A stretch of 64,000 nucleotides of DNA from Octopus bimaculoides (Eukaryota), in contig NC_068997.1 of assembly GCF_001194135.2 (NCBI RefSeq), positions 6,949,412 through 7,013,411 on the forward strand, read 5' to 3'. Below, one piece after another: positions 36,751 to 49,440 of this stretch. Every line of letters starts with the position of its first letter. The first letter of the stretch is position 1. The translations under genes were made by a program, and so were the position numbers. The notes under the pieces are model-generated. The model did not search any database. It saw only the letters and a program-made list of their open reading frames with translations, and was not told where the DNA came from.

Positions 36751-37499
36751 ATTTATAGGCATAACTGTTTTGACATCGAGTTTCATTAGTACAAAGTATT
36801 GAAATGTATATTAATAATATTATATAAGGCAAGAATCAAAAAAGAAAAACTAGAAATTAATAGTTATATAAAAATCATCACCATCATCATTTAACGTCTC
36901 TCTTCCATGCTGGCATGGGTTGGATGATTTGAGAGGAGCTGGTAAACCTGGGGACAGCAATAAGCTCTATTATCTGCTTTGGCAGGGTTTTTACAGTTGG
37001 ATGCCCTTCCTAACACCAACCACTTTACAGAATAAACTGGGTGCTTTACATATGGCACCAGCATCATTTAAACTTTGACTCGCTCTCTCTTATAACTCTT
37101 TAGTTTAATCCAAGACAACCGCTTTAGTGCCAGTTGAACGATAAAAGACACCTGGTCTAAGCTGTAAAATGGTCGGTGCTAGGAGAAGCATCCAACCTTA
37201 GGAACCATGTCAAAAGTAATAACTCATACAACCATAAAGTAATCTGGTTTTCATATTTTGCAGATCGAATGGCAAAAGTCATTTTATATCACACATTGTA
37301 TATACTGCCCTATAACTGGCAGAAATTACATTCCTAATAAGCTTATGGCTACCCAGGGAAAAAAACCCTTATATTAATAAGATTAAGGTATTGGGTGCCT
37401 GCTTAATGCATCTAATGTAAAAGATTTTACCAGCTGGACTTGCAGACTTTGTAGGCAAAGTGTAACTTCTTACATTTGCGTCACTCATAAACACCATAC

Positions 37500-37681
37500 C
37501 TGTGTACTAGCTGGCTGGGTTTTCTCTTGAAACAGCTTACGATTAATATACTCCATGCTGCCATATAGGGCACAGCGGGCAGCCAGTCGAGACTTCTCAC
37601 CCCAATTTACACCGTCGGCGATGAGCATTATGGCATTATTTTTTCGGCAACAAATTGCAAAAGCATCGGCAATTGGGTCAC
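37500..37681 (-). CDS. PP2C-like domain protein coding exon (motifs 1-2)
   Basis: TTTCAG acceptor and CAG|GTATGG donor; 182 nt. Encodes (G)[60 protein letters not shown]; PIAD and [14 protein letters not shown] are family motifs. Missed by the ORF track. Confidence 0.93.
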
Positions 37682-37939
37682 CTGAAAGATATTACAAGGG
37701 AGGTAATTACATATATTTTAAAATGAAAGTTCAAAGACAAAGGAAAAAAATGTTTAATACAAATTAAGTGATGATGTGGGTAAACGCGAATTATAATTCA
37801 AATAAAAGTGATAATGCAATGAATATTGGTAAAGAAGATAATAGAATGGTTGATAAACTGACACATAAATTAAAAATGGAATTTGATATACAGAAATTCA
37901 ATATGTAAGTGATAAAACATTTCATGTGAAACTCATATT

Positions 37940-38154
37940 TTTTTCTACTCTAGACACAAAGCCCGAAATTTTGGGTGAGGGGGTCAGTTGATCAGATTAT
38001 CCCCAGTACGTAACTGGTACTTAATTTATCGACCCCGAAAGGATGTAAAGGCAAAGTCGACCTCGGCGGAATTTGAACTCAGAACGTAAAGACAGATGAA
38101 ATACTGCCAAGCATTTCGCCCGGCGTGCTAACGTTTGGCCAGCTCGCCGCCTTA
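37940..38154 (-). mobile_element. SINE family B, full-length young copy with 16-bp TSD
   Basis: On -, GGCGGCGAGCTGGCC head, B-box GAGTTCAAATTCC, core CTTTGCCTTTACATCCTTTCGGGGTCGATAAATTAAGTACCAG, CpGs retained. TSD ATGTGAAACTCATATT (37924-37939) and ATGTGAAACTAATATT (38155-38170). Confidence 0.92.
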
Positions 38155-38739
38155 ATGTGAAACTAATATTGACGAGTATGGGAAAAAAAAAATAGTAAAT
38201 CTCAAAATGTGGATGCCAGAGATATAGAAATATGAAGATTGCTATAAGTTTTAACAGGTATAAACATGAAGCATTTATTTACTGAAGGTTACCTGTTAGC
38301 TCCAGCTTTTATTGTTAAAGATTGGCTTTTGGTTCTATTATAGATTTATAAAAGTGTTTCACTAATTTGTAGGAATTCTCATAAATAAGATTATCTTCTT
38401 TGGTGAACACAGCAGATATTTCCACAGTTAACCCCTACTCACCATTAAAATGCCTTTTTCTTTTGGCAACAAAATTTTACAAGTTACCCATTTTATCATC
38501 ATCATCATCAGCAGCAGCAGCAGCAGCAGTAGTAGTATAGGGGCATGTGCTGTAACAGCACATCACTGCCTCCACCATTTGTTGGTGATTCCCTATTTTT
38601 GGTGGATGATGTCTTTGTAGCACTTGGGTGTCAATCCTCCAGGCCATGGATTTGTTTGGGGTAGTTGTTGGTGGTGAGGGCTAAAATCCTACCACAATCT
38701 CTTTTAGTCGCTTTTTACAACGGAGAGGAAACTGATAAA

Positions 38740-38865
38740 CCGGTCCCCACAGAGCCCTAGAGAAATGTGAAATGACACAATGTGCCACTTGGTCTGGGAA
38801 CTGAACCCACAGTCTAACAATCATGTGTGCAACACCCTAACCACTAGGCCATACACCTTCACATT
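38740..38865 (-). mobile_element. tRNA-headed SINE, additional family, diverged head
   Basis: On -, GTGAAGGTGTATGGCCTAGTGGTTAGGGTG...GGGTTCAGTTCCC (A/B-box-like), followed by non-tRNA body. Confidence 0.6.
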
Positions 38866-39229
38866 TTCTCATTACTTTACCTACTTAGAGGATAAGTATA
38901 AACACTTGGCAGATGTTCCAGCATATCTACTACCATCTTAGAATATAGAATGGCTCTGAATCAACAAGAACATGAGAAACAGGTCAACTGGGATAAGGCA
39001 CAGACCTAGGGTTAAAAAAAAGGGAGCAATCTCTTACCAGGGAGTGTTTAATGTTGATTAATGCCAGGTCAACTCAGAACAAATGGACTTATGGCACACA
39101 GATGGCTTAATGTCTAGGTTCAAAATACAGATTTGCGGCTCCAGATTTAACAAAGCTTCACACCAAAATAATCCAAAATAAAATAAAATAAAATAAAAGA
39201 GAAAATAAATGCAGGAAAAAAAGACTTAC

Positions 39230-39349
39230 CAGACATCTTCCCATAAATCGGATGTTGGTCGTATAACGAGATGCACAACCCATAAGCTCTTTGGTCTTTT
39301 TTGTTCCATGACTGTGCCCCTGCGACTTTGTGGAAGTTATCATTGCAAT
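39230..39349 (-). CDS. PP2C-like domain protein coding exon
   Basis: TTTTAG acceptor and G|GTAAGT donor; 120 nt, phase 1/1. Encodes CNDNFHKVAGAQSWNKKDQRAYGLCISLYDQHPIYGKMS, with the AG...W....RAYG...SLY pattern of CG9801-type proteins. Confidence 0.9.
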
Positions 39350-42300
39350 CTAAAATAAAATTAAAAAATACTTTTCTATAGAAAATAAATAATTTAGTCA
39401 CTAAACATTAGGTTCATTGAAATAATCCACATGGCTTTGCATCTACAAAATCCCTTCTATTGCTGTGGACAGTAGAAGGGCTGCTCCTTTTGAGGACTGT
39501 GAACAATAAAAGATCAAAAGACATTGATAGCAGGGTTTACAGTCAAAATAGCTGTTTTGGACCCTGGCCAGGTCTTGATACAGCAAACTCATTCTGCCCT
39601 TTTGTATATCGTGGTCTATGTTGTCCAGTGTAGTTTTTTATTTGAGATTGTAAGGTGTTGCTATTTCTGGCAGTGTCTAGGTAATAGTCACTGTAGAAAA
39701 CCTCTTTAGCTCTGCTTGACATGGAGGCATCTAATGAAATACTCACAACCCACAAGTCCAGTCACTTTGAATTATGTTTGACCAGTCTGACCAGTTTGAT
39801 AGCTTCCAACTGTGGTCATCTGTCTTTTGCTGTAGACATACTGTCCTCTAAAAGTTAAGGCTTAATACTTGAAAAATAGGGAAGTTTGTTGAAGGAGATT
39901 CCACCAAAACATTGGACCAGGTTAAGTGATGTGAAAGCTAGCATGTTGGCTTCAGCTAAAACAGCTATATGAATAGTAGTAGTAGTAGTAGTAGTAGTAG
40001 TAGCAGCAGCAACAGCAGTTGTTGTTGTTGTTGTTGTTGTTCTAACAGGATGCTGCCAGTAGTTCTGGTCTGTAAAATGGTTATCTAATTGATAACACAA
40101 TTTATGTTTTAAATATTAACCATTAGGATAGACGAAGATAAAATCGTTAAGAGGTTCTTGTGAATATCAGATTTCTCAAAATCTGAATTTAATTGCATGT
40201 AGTCAAGACTAAAGAAGCTGCATGCATCTGTGCAATAACATTTGCAGCTCATTCATTCCAATATTGGTTCTCAACTGACCTCCTTTAAACTATATTTCTC
40301 AAACAAAATCTAAATGTGCAATTGTTTTTCTTTGGTTTTGTTTTTTCTGTTGCATATCTTTCAAAAATAACAAATAATGATGTAATAGCTGTTGTTATTT
40401 TTCATTTTTTCTTTTAACAATAAAATTCAAAATGTTGAATTATTTTTGTTGTTCACTTTATAGATTTTTAAAGAAATTTCATACAGAAAAGACATTAACT
40501 AAAGTTAGATTATTTTAATCAAATATTTTAAAAAGAAGATCTTGTTTATTGTTCTGCTTCGTTTATTGTTCATATGCAAAAACATTTGCTTTATTAATCA
40601 TTTTAGCTTTTCAACCACCTCCTTTTGCTAAACTGCCTTTTAAAGATAAACAATCGTTTTTTTTTTTTTAATTTATTTATTTATAATAATGATTTACATT
40701 AAACATGCATATAAATGGAGAGTTTATAAATGTGAATTGATGCTTTCTGAGATGGGACAAAATAAAATTGACATTTTCTTTTTTTAATGAAGTGAAAGAA
40801 AAAAATGTTATTAGACTTAAATAGAACTAGTCATGATAAAATTGACATCATTTCATTTGAAATTGAAAAAAAACGGCACTTATTAACTAGTGATATTAAA
40901 AATAATACAACGAAGACTGTTATTAGTCATTAAGCATATCAACTATGTTAATTCATTTGCTTATTTCATTTCCATAATGCTAGCATAGCTTATATTGGAT
41001 TATATTAAAGACAATGTTTTATAGTTAGATATCCTTTCAGTTGCCAGTTTTTTAAGTAAGGGAATTTTTTTATTCCACTGGTCATTGAAAATATAAAGTG
41101 ACCAGTCATAATGTTAACAAGGAATAAAAACATCACCATTTTGCGCATAAGCAAAACCATGGAATATAAACGTCATCCAGGGAGGCACAGGTACATATCA
41201 TCATCATTTAACATCTGATTTCCATGTTGATACACACACACACACACACACACACATACATACATGACTGAATTTTTATTGTTTTTTTATCAATTTTTGT
41301 TAAGTATTTAAAGGACGTTTCTTTAAATATTTTTTTATTAAAAAGCAATAAGTAAAACAAATGAAAAAGAGATAGTTTCACCCACTCAGTTAATTGATTC
41401 CCTCACTTTCATAAATACAGAATGTTTATTCTGACAAGATTATTCAGAGGATCCAGCCAACCAGATGCCAATCTGACTTTCTCTATCTCTCTCTCTCTCT
41501 CTCTCACACATACACACACAATGGTAGAAGATAAAGATAAGCTGTTGCTTAAAGATAGAGTTTCTGCTTTACCAAATTCTTAACACATTAACAACTAATG
41601 AAGTAACTCGCACACAATAACAAAGACATGATGGTGCAGTCTTAGAACAGCCCTGATAAAAGAGAGCCATAATCAGATGTTCTGGGCATGGCCATATTAT
41701 CCAATATGCTTCCCATTTTTCAAGATAATTTGAGGGAGATTTAACTGTTATTTCTAACAGATTGAGTGATTGCGTAGAGGTACCCTGTTCACTTGTTTGT
41801 ATGGAGGAAATAATTGTTATATAATTACGTTGAAATAACTTATGAGAATAATGAAGTCAGTCAATGGGAATTATCTTATAATTTTCAATGAGTCACTGGA
41901 TGACCAAATAATTTGTCTTTCAGTGTAGACCGAAGAAGGACTTGCAGACATGATGAGTGCAAATGAAGTGAAAATAGCTCCACCAAGAATCAATCTCAAT
42001 TTGCATATTTGTACTTCCAAATTTTTCCATCTCCACATTGTTACTACCAAATTTTTCCACTCACCTCCGGCATTTGATTAAAGTCAATATACAAAGCACA
42101 GAATGAAAGTTTTGTTACACCCCCAACTATCACACACCAACATTCATTCATTATTATTTTTATTACTATTATTATTATTATTATTATTATTACTATTATT
42201 ATTAGTAGTAGTAGTAGTGCCTGCATGGATTAGATGGAACTTTTCTTTAGCCAGAGTTTTTTTTTTTTACCTTCCTGTTGCCAATCCTCACCCGTTCCCA

Positions 42301-43735
42301 AGAACAGTGAATATTTTCTCTGTTCTAACAAACAGCAAACAGCTCAATGGGAAATCAGAATAAATATTAAAAAAAACATCAAAGAATTTAATAAGCAGTA
42401 GTTAGGTTATATTTGTGAATCTCTTCCACTACATCTGTCTTTTATTTTCTCTGGGGAAAGCAATGGTAAAGCAAGAGGAAATGGGAATGAGGCTCACTCC
42501 ACCTAGAGGCATAGATAAAGGGGCACAAAATTTCCTCTGGCCTATCATGTCTGTTAATTATTAATATCCTGTACAAGACAACAGTTGACTGCATGTGACA
42601 TTCACAGATGACAACATACCTAATCACCATGTATGAGTGTAATGCAGTTCTATATATACAAGAGTGTTCTAAAGTGTGTAGAATTTAGTGTAGAGTTCAT
42701 ATAGTTCATATAGTTCATATAGCATGTCTTTTGTTGATTCAAATTGAAGCTCTGTTGGTTGGTAGTTTAGTAGCTGGTCCTCAAGGCCTATCATCATTTC
42801 ACTTAAACACACCAGATATTAGTGGTGTACATTACAGATCCCTAGATAGGTCTGTAATGTACACCAGATTAGAGACTAGCCCGACAAGATGCTAGACTAG
42901 GTACTAACCAGGAACAAGGTACATAGAAGAAAACAATGATATTCATATTAAGGCAAAATAAGGTCTCAGCATAAAACAATCTCACTTTTCAAGACAATTA
43001 GCTATTTATATTCAATGCTTCAAGTTTTACACTAAATTCTAATTAATTCAATTAAGGCACAGCTGTCCAGTTCAGAAGTCCTCTTCCCAATCACAGTTTT
43101 TTGGATGTCTTCTTTAATGATCTCGGATTGTTCCAGCCTTGTGAGTGATGATTGGTCAATTGAGATGTGTGTGGATGCCTATCAAATGACTTGTACATGA
43201 TTTGGGATGATATGCTTAATCCCGGGTCCAGTAAATACACTGGGTACCTTCAGCCAGTTTCTCCACTGCTGCAAATATTCAGATCATATTTCAAGTCAGA
43301 ATTATGGTACCCTGCAACCTGCCCCACTGTTAATATTGGAGGTTCAACAAAAAGATCACCGGTGCTGCCCTCCCTCAATTACAAAAACATTTCTTTGTCT
43401 AATCTTCTCCATATATACATGTCATGCCTAGAATTTTAGGTTTTCTTTTCTTTCTTTCTGAGATGAAAGCCGGTCCCTTGGGGCTATGTCTGTAGCTATT
43501 AAGGCTCACCTCAATGTAAAATGTCAGTTTTAAAACATCTGATGCTTATGAGGAGGAGGTAGACGAGTGGGGTGGGAACACTCTGTTGGTGTATTGAATG
43601 GTTAACATTAACCATTAGAAGTTAATAATTGTCAGGTACATTCAGAAGCAGACAATGGATAACAATGAGATTACAAGCTGAAATAGGTTTCCGTTGCATA
43701 AGCGGAGTATATACGTACGTACGGATGTATGTATG

Positions 43736-43767
<32 letters not shown>

Positions 43768-44006
43768 GGAAAGAGGTAAGTAAGAGGATGGAAGGAAGAA
43801 AGTGTAAATGTTTTTAGTTCAGAAATATTAGAAAGTGAAAGAGAAAAAGCTAAAGAAGTAGAAAAAGACAGAGACATAGGAAAAGGGGGGAAAAGAGAGA
43901 CACTGGAAAGAGAAATGAAGAGGAGGAGAAAATAGAATAGTTACATAGAGTGGGGAGTAATTAGGGATGGAGAGAGAGAAGGAGGTAAAGAGAGAAACTG
44001 AGAGGG

Positions 44007-44038
<32 letters not shown>

Positions 44039-47004
44039 AAGAGAGAGAGTAAGGAGGTAAAGAAAGAACCTGAAAGAAGAGGGGAGAAAGAGAGAAGAGT
44101 GAGGTGGGGGAGTTAAAAAAGAGAGAGATAAAGAAAGAGAACAAAACAAACACTGCTCCCCCACCACCTCCACCTCCACAGTGTCAACAAAGCTGCCACC
44201 AGTCAATTTTGTGGTGCAGCAGAAGATTGCAGTTTCTGTTTATTGCCAGAATAAACAATGCCTGTTCCTGCCAAGTATTTTACTTCCCAAAGTTGTCTTC
44301 CCTAAGAAACATGATAACCCTGCCTTCTCAGCTGCTTGGAGGTACTCAGGTAACATCATCATCACCCCACCACCCCCAACCCCACCACACTATTCCACCC
44401 CCACCGTCACCACACTATCCCCCACCACCACCACACTTTGAAAGATTTCCAAACTTTGATGGACTGATTTTGCTGAATCATCATTACCACTGGTACNNNN
44501 NNNNNNNNNNNNNNNNNNNNNNNNNNNNNNNNNNNNNNNNNNNNNNNNNNNNNNNNNNNNNNNNNNNNNNNNNNNNNNNNNNNNNNNNNNNNNNNNNNNN
44601 NNNNNNNNNNNNNNNNNNNNNNNNNNNNNNNNNNNNNNNNNNNNNNTACTAACCCTAACCCCCCACACTACCATTGGCACCACTACTACTACTACCAGCA
44701 GCAGCAGCAACACTACCACCACCACCACCACCACCACCACCACCATCACCACTACTGTTGTTGCTGGCTAACATTGCTAGTACCACCACCACCACCCCTT
44801 TCCATCACGTTAGTATTATAACTGCCATCTTCCCAACCACTGATGCAGCCACACTTCCTGGTGTTATCACATCACCCTCAAAAAGCCACAACCAGCGACA
44901 GACTCTCGAGATGGTTGCTCAACCAGCTCAATGAATCATAGTTCATCCTCATGAAAATGGAAGAAGGAACACATTGAATTAATGTAGTTCTAGATATTGT
45001 AAATTCAACCTAAAGGTGGAATGGTCATGGCAGGAACGCCTTTCATTTATTGGTCTGCATTCTGCATCATAAGACCTGGCCTGGGGTTAAACAACAACAA
45101 CAACATGACCACACGACCATCACAAACTACACTATTAACACTTCTGCAGGTGCACTACCATTAATATTACACCACCACCACCACCTCTACCATTCCCAGA
45201 GTTCATACTACCACTGACACTTCCACCACTGATATGACATCACCACCACCACCACCACCACCACCACCACCACCACACTGTTAATATCACTAACCTTTAC
45301 AAGCACTGGGAACACAACTACCACAGCTNNNNNNNNNNNNNNNNNNNNNNNNNNNNNNNNNNNNNNNNNNNNNNNNNNNNNNNNNNNNNNNNNNNNNNNN
45401 NNNNNNNNNNNNNNNNNNNNNNNNNNNNNNNNNNNNNNNNNNNNNNNNNNNNNNNNNNNNNNNNNNNNNNNNNNNNNNNNNNNNNNNNNNNNNNNNNNNN
45501 NNNNNNNNNNNNNNNNNNNNNNNNNNNNNNNNNNNNNNNNNNNNNNNNNNNNNNNNNNNNNNNNNNNNNNNNNNNNNNNNNNNNNNNNNNNNNNNNNNNN
45601 NNNNNNNNNNNNNNNNNNNNNNNNNNNNNNNNNNNNNNNNNNNNNNNNNNNNNNNNNNNNNNNNNNNNNNNNNNNNNNNNNNNNNNNNNNNNNNNNNNNN
45701 NNNNNNNNNNNNNNNNNNNNNNNNNNNNNNNNNNNNNNNNNNNNNNNNNNNNNNNNNNNNNNNNNNNNNNNNNNNNNNNNNNNNNNNNNNNNNNNNNNNN
45801 NNNNNNNNNNNNNNNNNNNNNNNNNNNNNNNNNNNCACCACCACCACCACCACCACCGCACACACAACTTCACCAACAAGCTACTTGGTTACTTAACATG
45901 CCAGAAATAGCAGCCAAATTTTATGAACATCTCAAAAGCAATATTTAAGACAGCATTAGGTAATGGTTGTTGTTGTTGGAATACTTTTGATCATAGGTGT
46001 GCTCAATCAGGATAGACCTAGGGCTAAACAATTAACCTCCACTTAGACAAAAATGTGTGGCTTTGTTAGGAAGTCTTTAAATACCATTTTTGATTTTTAC
46101 CCCTTTTAACTGTGTGTGTGTGTGTGTGCGCGTGCGCGTGCGTGCGTGTGTGTGTGCGTGTGCGCGTGCGTGCGTGCGTGTGTGTGTGTGTTATCATCAT
46201 CATTCAGTGTCTGTTATCCATGCTGGCTTGAGTAGGATGGTTTGGCAGGAGCTGGTGGGACTGGGAACCCCGCCCCGTGTTCCATTGCCTGGTGCAGCAA
46301 GGTTTCTACAGTAGGGCGCCCTTCCTAATGCCAGCCACTTTACAGAATAGGCTGGGTGCTTTTTATATAGCACCAGTGCTTTGATAGGCCGACTAATTGA
46401 TGGATGGATAGACAGACAAACAGACAGACAGATATAGTATGTCTTATAGAGCTAATTGTTTTCTCTCGCAATTCTTAAAAATCTATTTTAAATCAAAATT
46501 TTGATTTAAAGAATTTCAATAAATTGCTGATACAACACAGATCCAATGATAGGATATGAACTGCAGTCATCTTAATTGATTGGTTGACCATTGCTTGACC
46601 AATTGCACTCTTCCCTTCCCCAAAATTATTCAACTGAAAACGTGAGTGGTACTCATCATCACTTTTATACATGCAGTGACCCACAGCCACTCACGTGTAC
46701 CACACATCTAAACAGCAAAAAGAATGTAATCCTAGATACTCTATGACTAAAAAGATAGAATGGTTGAAGCAGGAATACTTTCAATCCTAGGGTTCAGCTA
46801 GGAATAAGCAACAGTAACACGCTATCAAACTTCCTATAACTTCCAAATCCATTACAGTTATACACTCACATTTATACACCCACTCTTGCCGTAACATTTC
46901 GTTGTTGCTATTTCAATTAAAAAATTTTTAATTCTAAAATAATAATGATGATGATGATGATGGTGATGGTTATGATGATGATGGTGATGGTGATGATGGT
47001 GATG

Positions 47005-47054
<50 letters not shown>

Positions 47055-47384
47055 GGTACGAGTAAAAACTCATTTCCGGAAACTTTTTGAGTGAACAAAA
47101 GATAAAAAGTAAATAAAATGGAAAGAGAAATGAAATAAGATAAAATTAGATTAAATAGGGGAAAATGAAATAAAATATAATTAAATGGAATGGAAATTGA
47201 AATTCCTGAGTCTTCAAATGGAATGAAAGAAAGAAATGAATTAAAATTATATATATATATATATATAATTTTATATATATAATGAATAGTAGGAGTTAAT
47301 AAAAGATTTTTTCTCTATATTTGAATAGTTGTGAGTGGGGTGGGGTGGGGTGGAGTGTGGATGAAGTTAGTGCTACTTCTGCTA

Positions 47385-47444
47385 CACCTACAGTGTATCC
47401 ACCTACAGTGTATCCACCTACAGTGTATCCACCTACAGTGTATC
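47385..47444. repeat. perfect 15-nt minisatellite (CACCTACAGTGTATC) x4
   Basis: Four exact tandem copies. Confidence 0.97.
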
Positions 47445-47609
47445 ATCACAAATGAGGAAATTATGGAAGTAGGAGGTGAGGATTAATGCATTGTGGTGGG
47501 TGTGTCTGATATTTCAATCACTGCAATGACAATGACCACCACTCCTGAGATTCAAGATATGTAATTTACATAAGCTCTTCAACAAAGATCTGCACAGCCC
47601 TATCTGACT

Positions 47610-48290
47610 TCTCAGAGTCCAATCCCTTGTCCACTAACATGAAACTAACCCCCCCCCCCTCTGCCCCCAGGGTTTGTAGAATTGATAAAAAGACCTATAT
47701 TGGATTATGTGAAGGTGAATTTAAAAATCGCTATGTCAATCACATAGCCTCCTTTTGACATAGAAACAAAAGTAAAGCTACTAAGTTGCCTAGCTACATA
47801 TGGAGTTTGAAATCTAATGCAATACCACATGTGATCAAGTAGAAAATAATTGAAAAATCAATACCTTATGTTAATGGGTCAAATAAATGTAAGCTATGTT
47901 TAACTGAAAAAGCTCACATTCTTTTCAGATCTGGGATCCCTAACTCACCACAGAACTCTAGGTCTGAAATTTTCAGCAGTTGTAAACATATGTCTAAGTA
48001 CATTTTGAAGAACTGAAAAATTTCACCTATATCTGATTAACTTGATATCTTTTCAGCCTTATAAAAAGGCCTTCGGAGGATAACTCTTTTACATTTTTTA
48101 CTTTTTACTTTTTCATTTTCTGTTTTTTAACCTTTCACGTTTTCTATATGCTTCCTTTTCAACTTTTGTACTTCTCTCATTCAATTTTTAGTTCGTTATG
48201 ATACATGGTTTGTGCCTGATGAATATGTTTAAGGTATTTCTCAACATATGAAACTATTAATAGCACATAAAAAACATGTACTGTGTCTAT
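47610..48290 (+). mobile_element. Penelope-like element (PLE) 3' fragment: GIY-YIG endonuclease remnant plus 3' UTR with hammerhead motif
   Basis: 47672-48016 reads in one frame VCRIDKKTYIGLCEGEFKNRYVNHIASF*HRNKSKATKLPSYIWSLKSNAIPHVIK*KIIEKSIPYVNGSNKCKLCLTEKAHILFRSGIPNSPQNSRSEIFSSCKHMSKYILKN*. This shows the YIG...FK.RY.NH, C.LCL.EK and R.E...C.H pattern of PLE GIY-YIG domains, with two in-frame stops. A CPL motif lies just upstream. Absent from the ORF track. Confidence 0.88.
48211..48267 (+). ncRNA. type I hammerhead ribozyme motif (minimal, one helix III mismatch)
   Basis: Helix I TGTGC (48211-15)/GCACA (48263-67); core CTGATGA (48216-22); helix II ATATGTT (48223-29)/AACATAT (48243-49); GAAA (48250-53); candidate cleavage triplet AUA (48260-62). 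Confidence 0.7.
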
Positions 48291-48988
48291 TAAATAACAT
48301 ATATATAAAATTTATATTACAGACATGCATACATTATACACACACACACACACAGATGTATGTATGTATGTACAGATACTCTATTGCAATTAAACATATG
48401 ACACATACAAGAATATGTAGATACGAACAACAATATACATAAAACCATATAGATACTACACACAGACACATGCCAACCAATCTAATTACAAACACACACA
48501 ACTTAATCATATAAACAACTTTATACATACATAGACTCAAACATACATACACACACACACACACACCCAGCCATGCTTGCTGAAGCTGTGCCATAAGATC
48601 AGAAGTCTAAACAAGATCTACAAGATAATGCCAGCAGTAAATTAATTTAAACACTCTGGAAATGTCATCAGAAAAATGTTTTCTGGGTTTTCTTCATTCC
48701 ATTGTTTGACATTCTCTCCAACTTTTCCTCTTGTTTTAGTTTCTGTTCTAAATCCATATTTTAAACACTAAACGTTAAAAAAAAAAAACAGAAACAAAAA
48801 AGTAACCATGTGAAGTAGATCAAGTGGTTGGAAGATGGATACTGTGTCATGTAAACAAGATGGTCACAAGTTCATTTCACATTGCAGGAACTGAATTTTG
48901 TATAAGCTCCATGGTGTGTGTGTGTGTGTATGTGGTTATAGAATGAATTTGTCTGTGTGGAATCTTGGACAAATGTCTTCTACCGTAG

Positions 48989-49014
48989 CCTAACCCTAAC
49001 CCTAACCCTAACCC
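48989..49014. repeat. interstitial telomere-type (CCCTAA)~4 inside a decayed family A SINE
   Basis: CCTAACCCTAACCCTAACCCTAACCC follows the SINE-A motif TTGGACAAATGTCTTCTAC-GTAGCC. Confidence 0.7.
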
Positions 49015-49305
49015 CAAGCCCCATTAATGAATCTGGGGGGAAAGATGAACTGTAAGCCTACCAATAATTGAAAATGCCAGGTACTTGTCACAACACACAC
49101 ACACACACACACACACACACATTGTCCCACAGTGATTGTTGTTAAGAGTACAAGAGTCTGTGCAATCCTTTGCTACTTCCATTATAAATACAATGAGGAA
49201 GTAGCTTCATCGTTCAAACACATTTTGATTTTGTCTTGATGAGTTCGTAAATGAATGAAAGCGCTACTAAAGGATTATCCAAAATTCTGACTGCCTCCTT
49301 TTCTT

Positions 49306-49385
<80 letters not shown>

Positions 49386-49440
49386 TATATATATATATAT
49401 AGATAGATAGATAGATAGATAGATATATGTGTGTGTGTAC

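Noticed and set aside
39754-39847. Possible extra PP2C-gene exon (RTVCLQQKTDDHSWKLSNWSDWSNIIQSDWT)
   Set aside because: Open only in phase 0 at its start, which is incompatible with the phase-1 end of exon 56189. No family similarity, and exons 56189 and 39349 already join in frame.
43167-43439. Overlapping 90-aa and 74-aa plus-strand ORFs in slightly GC-richer intronic DNA
   Set aside because: No recognisable domain, and the minus strand (gene sense) has stops in all frames.
44649-44663. CTAACCCTAACCC next to a gap as a telomeric signal
   Set aside because: Only about two units within a C/A-rich low-complexity tract, which is expected by chance.
46858-47073. Poly-His ORF, and the YIYI/CVCV/SLSL/RERE/TTTT-type ORFs elsewhere
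   Set aside because: Translations of (GAT/CAT)n, (TA)n, (TG)n, (TC)n and (CAC)n microsatellites, with no splice or homology support.
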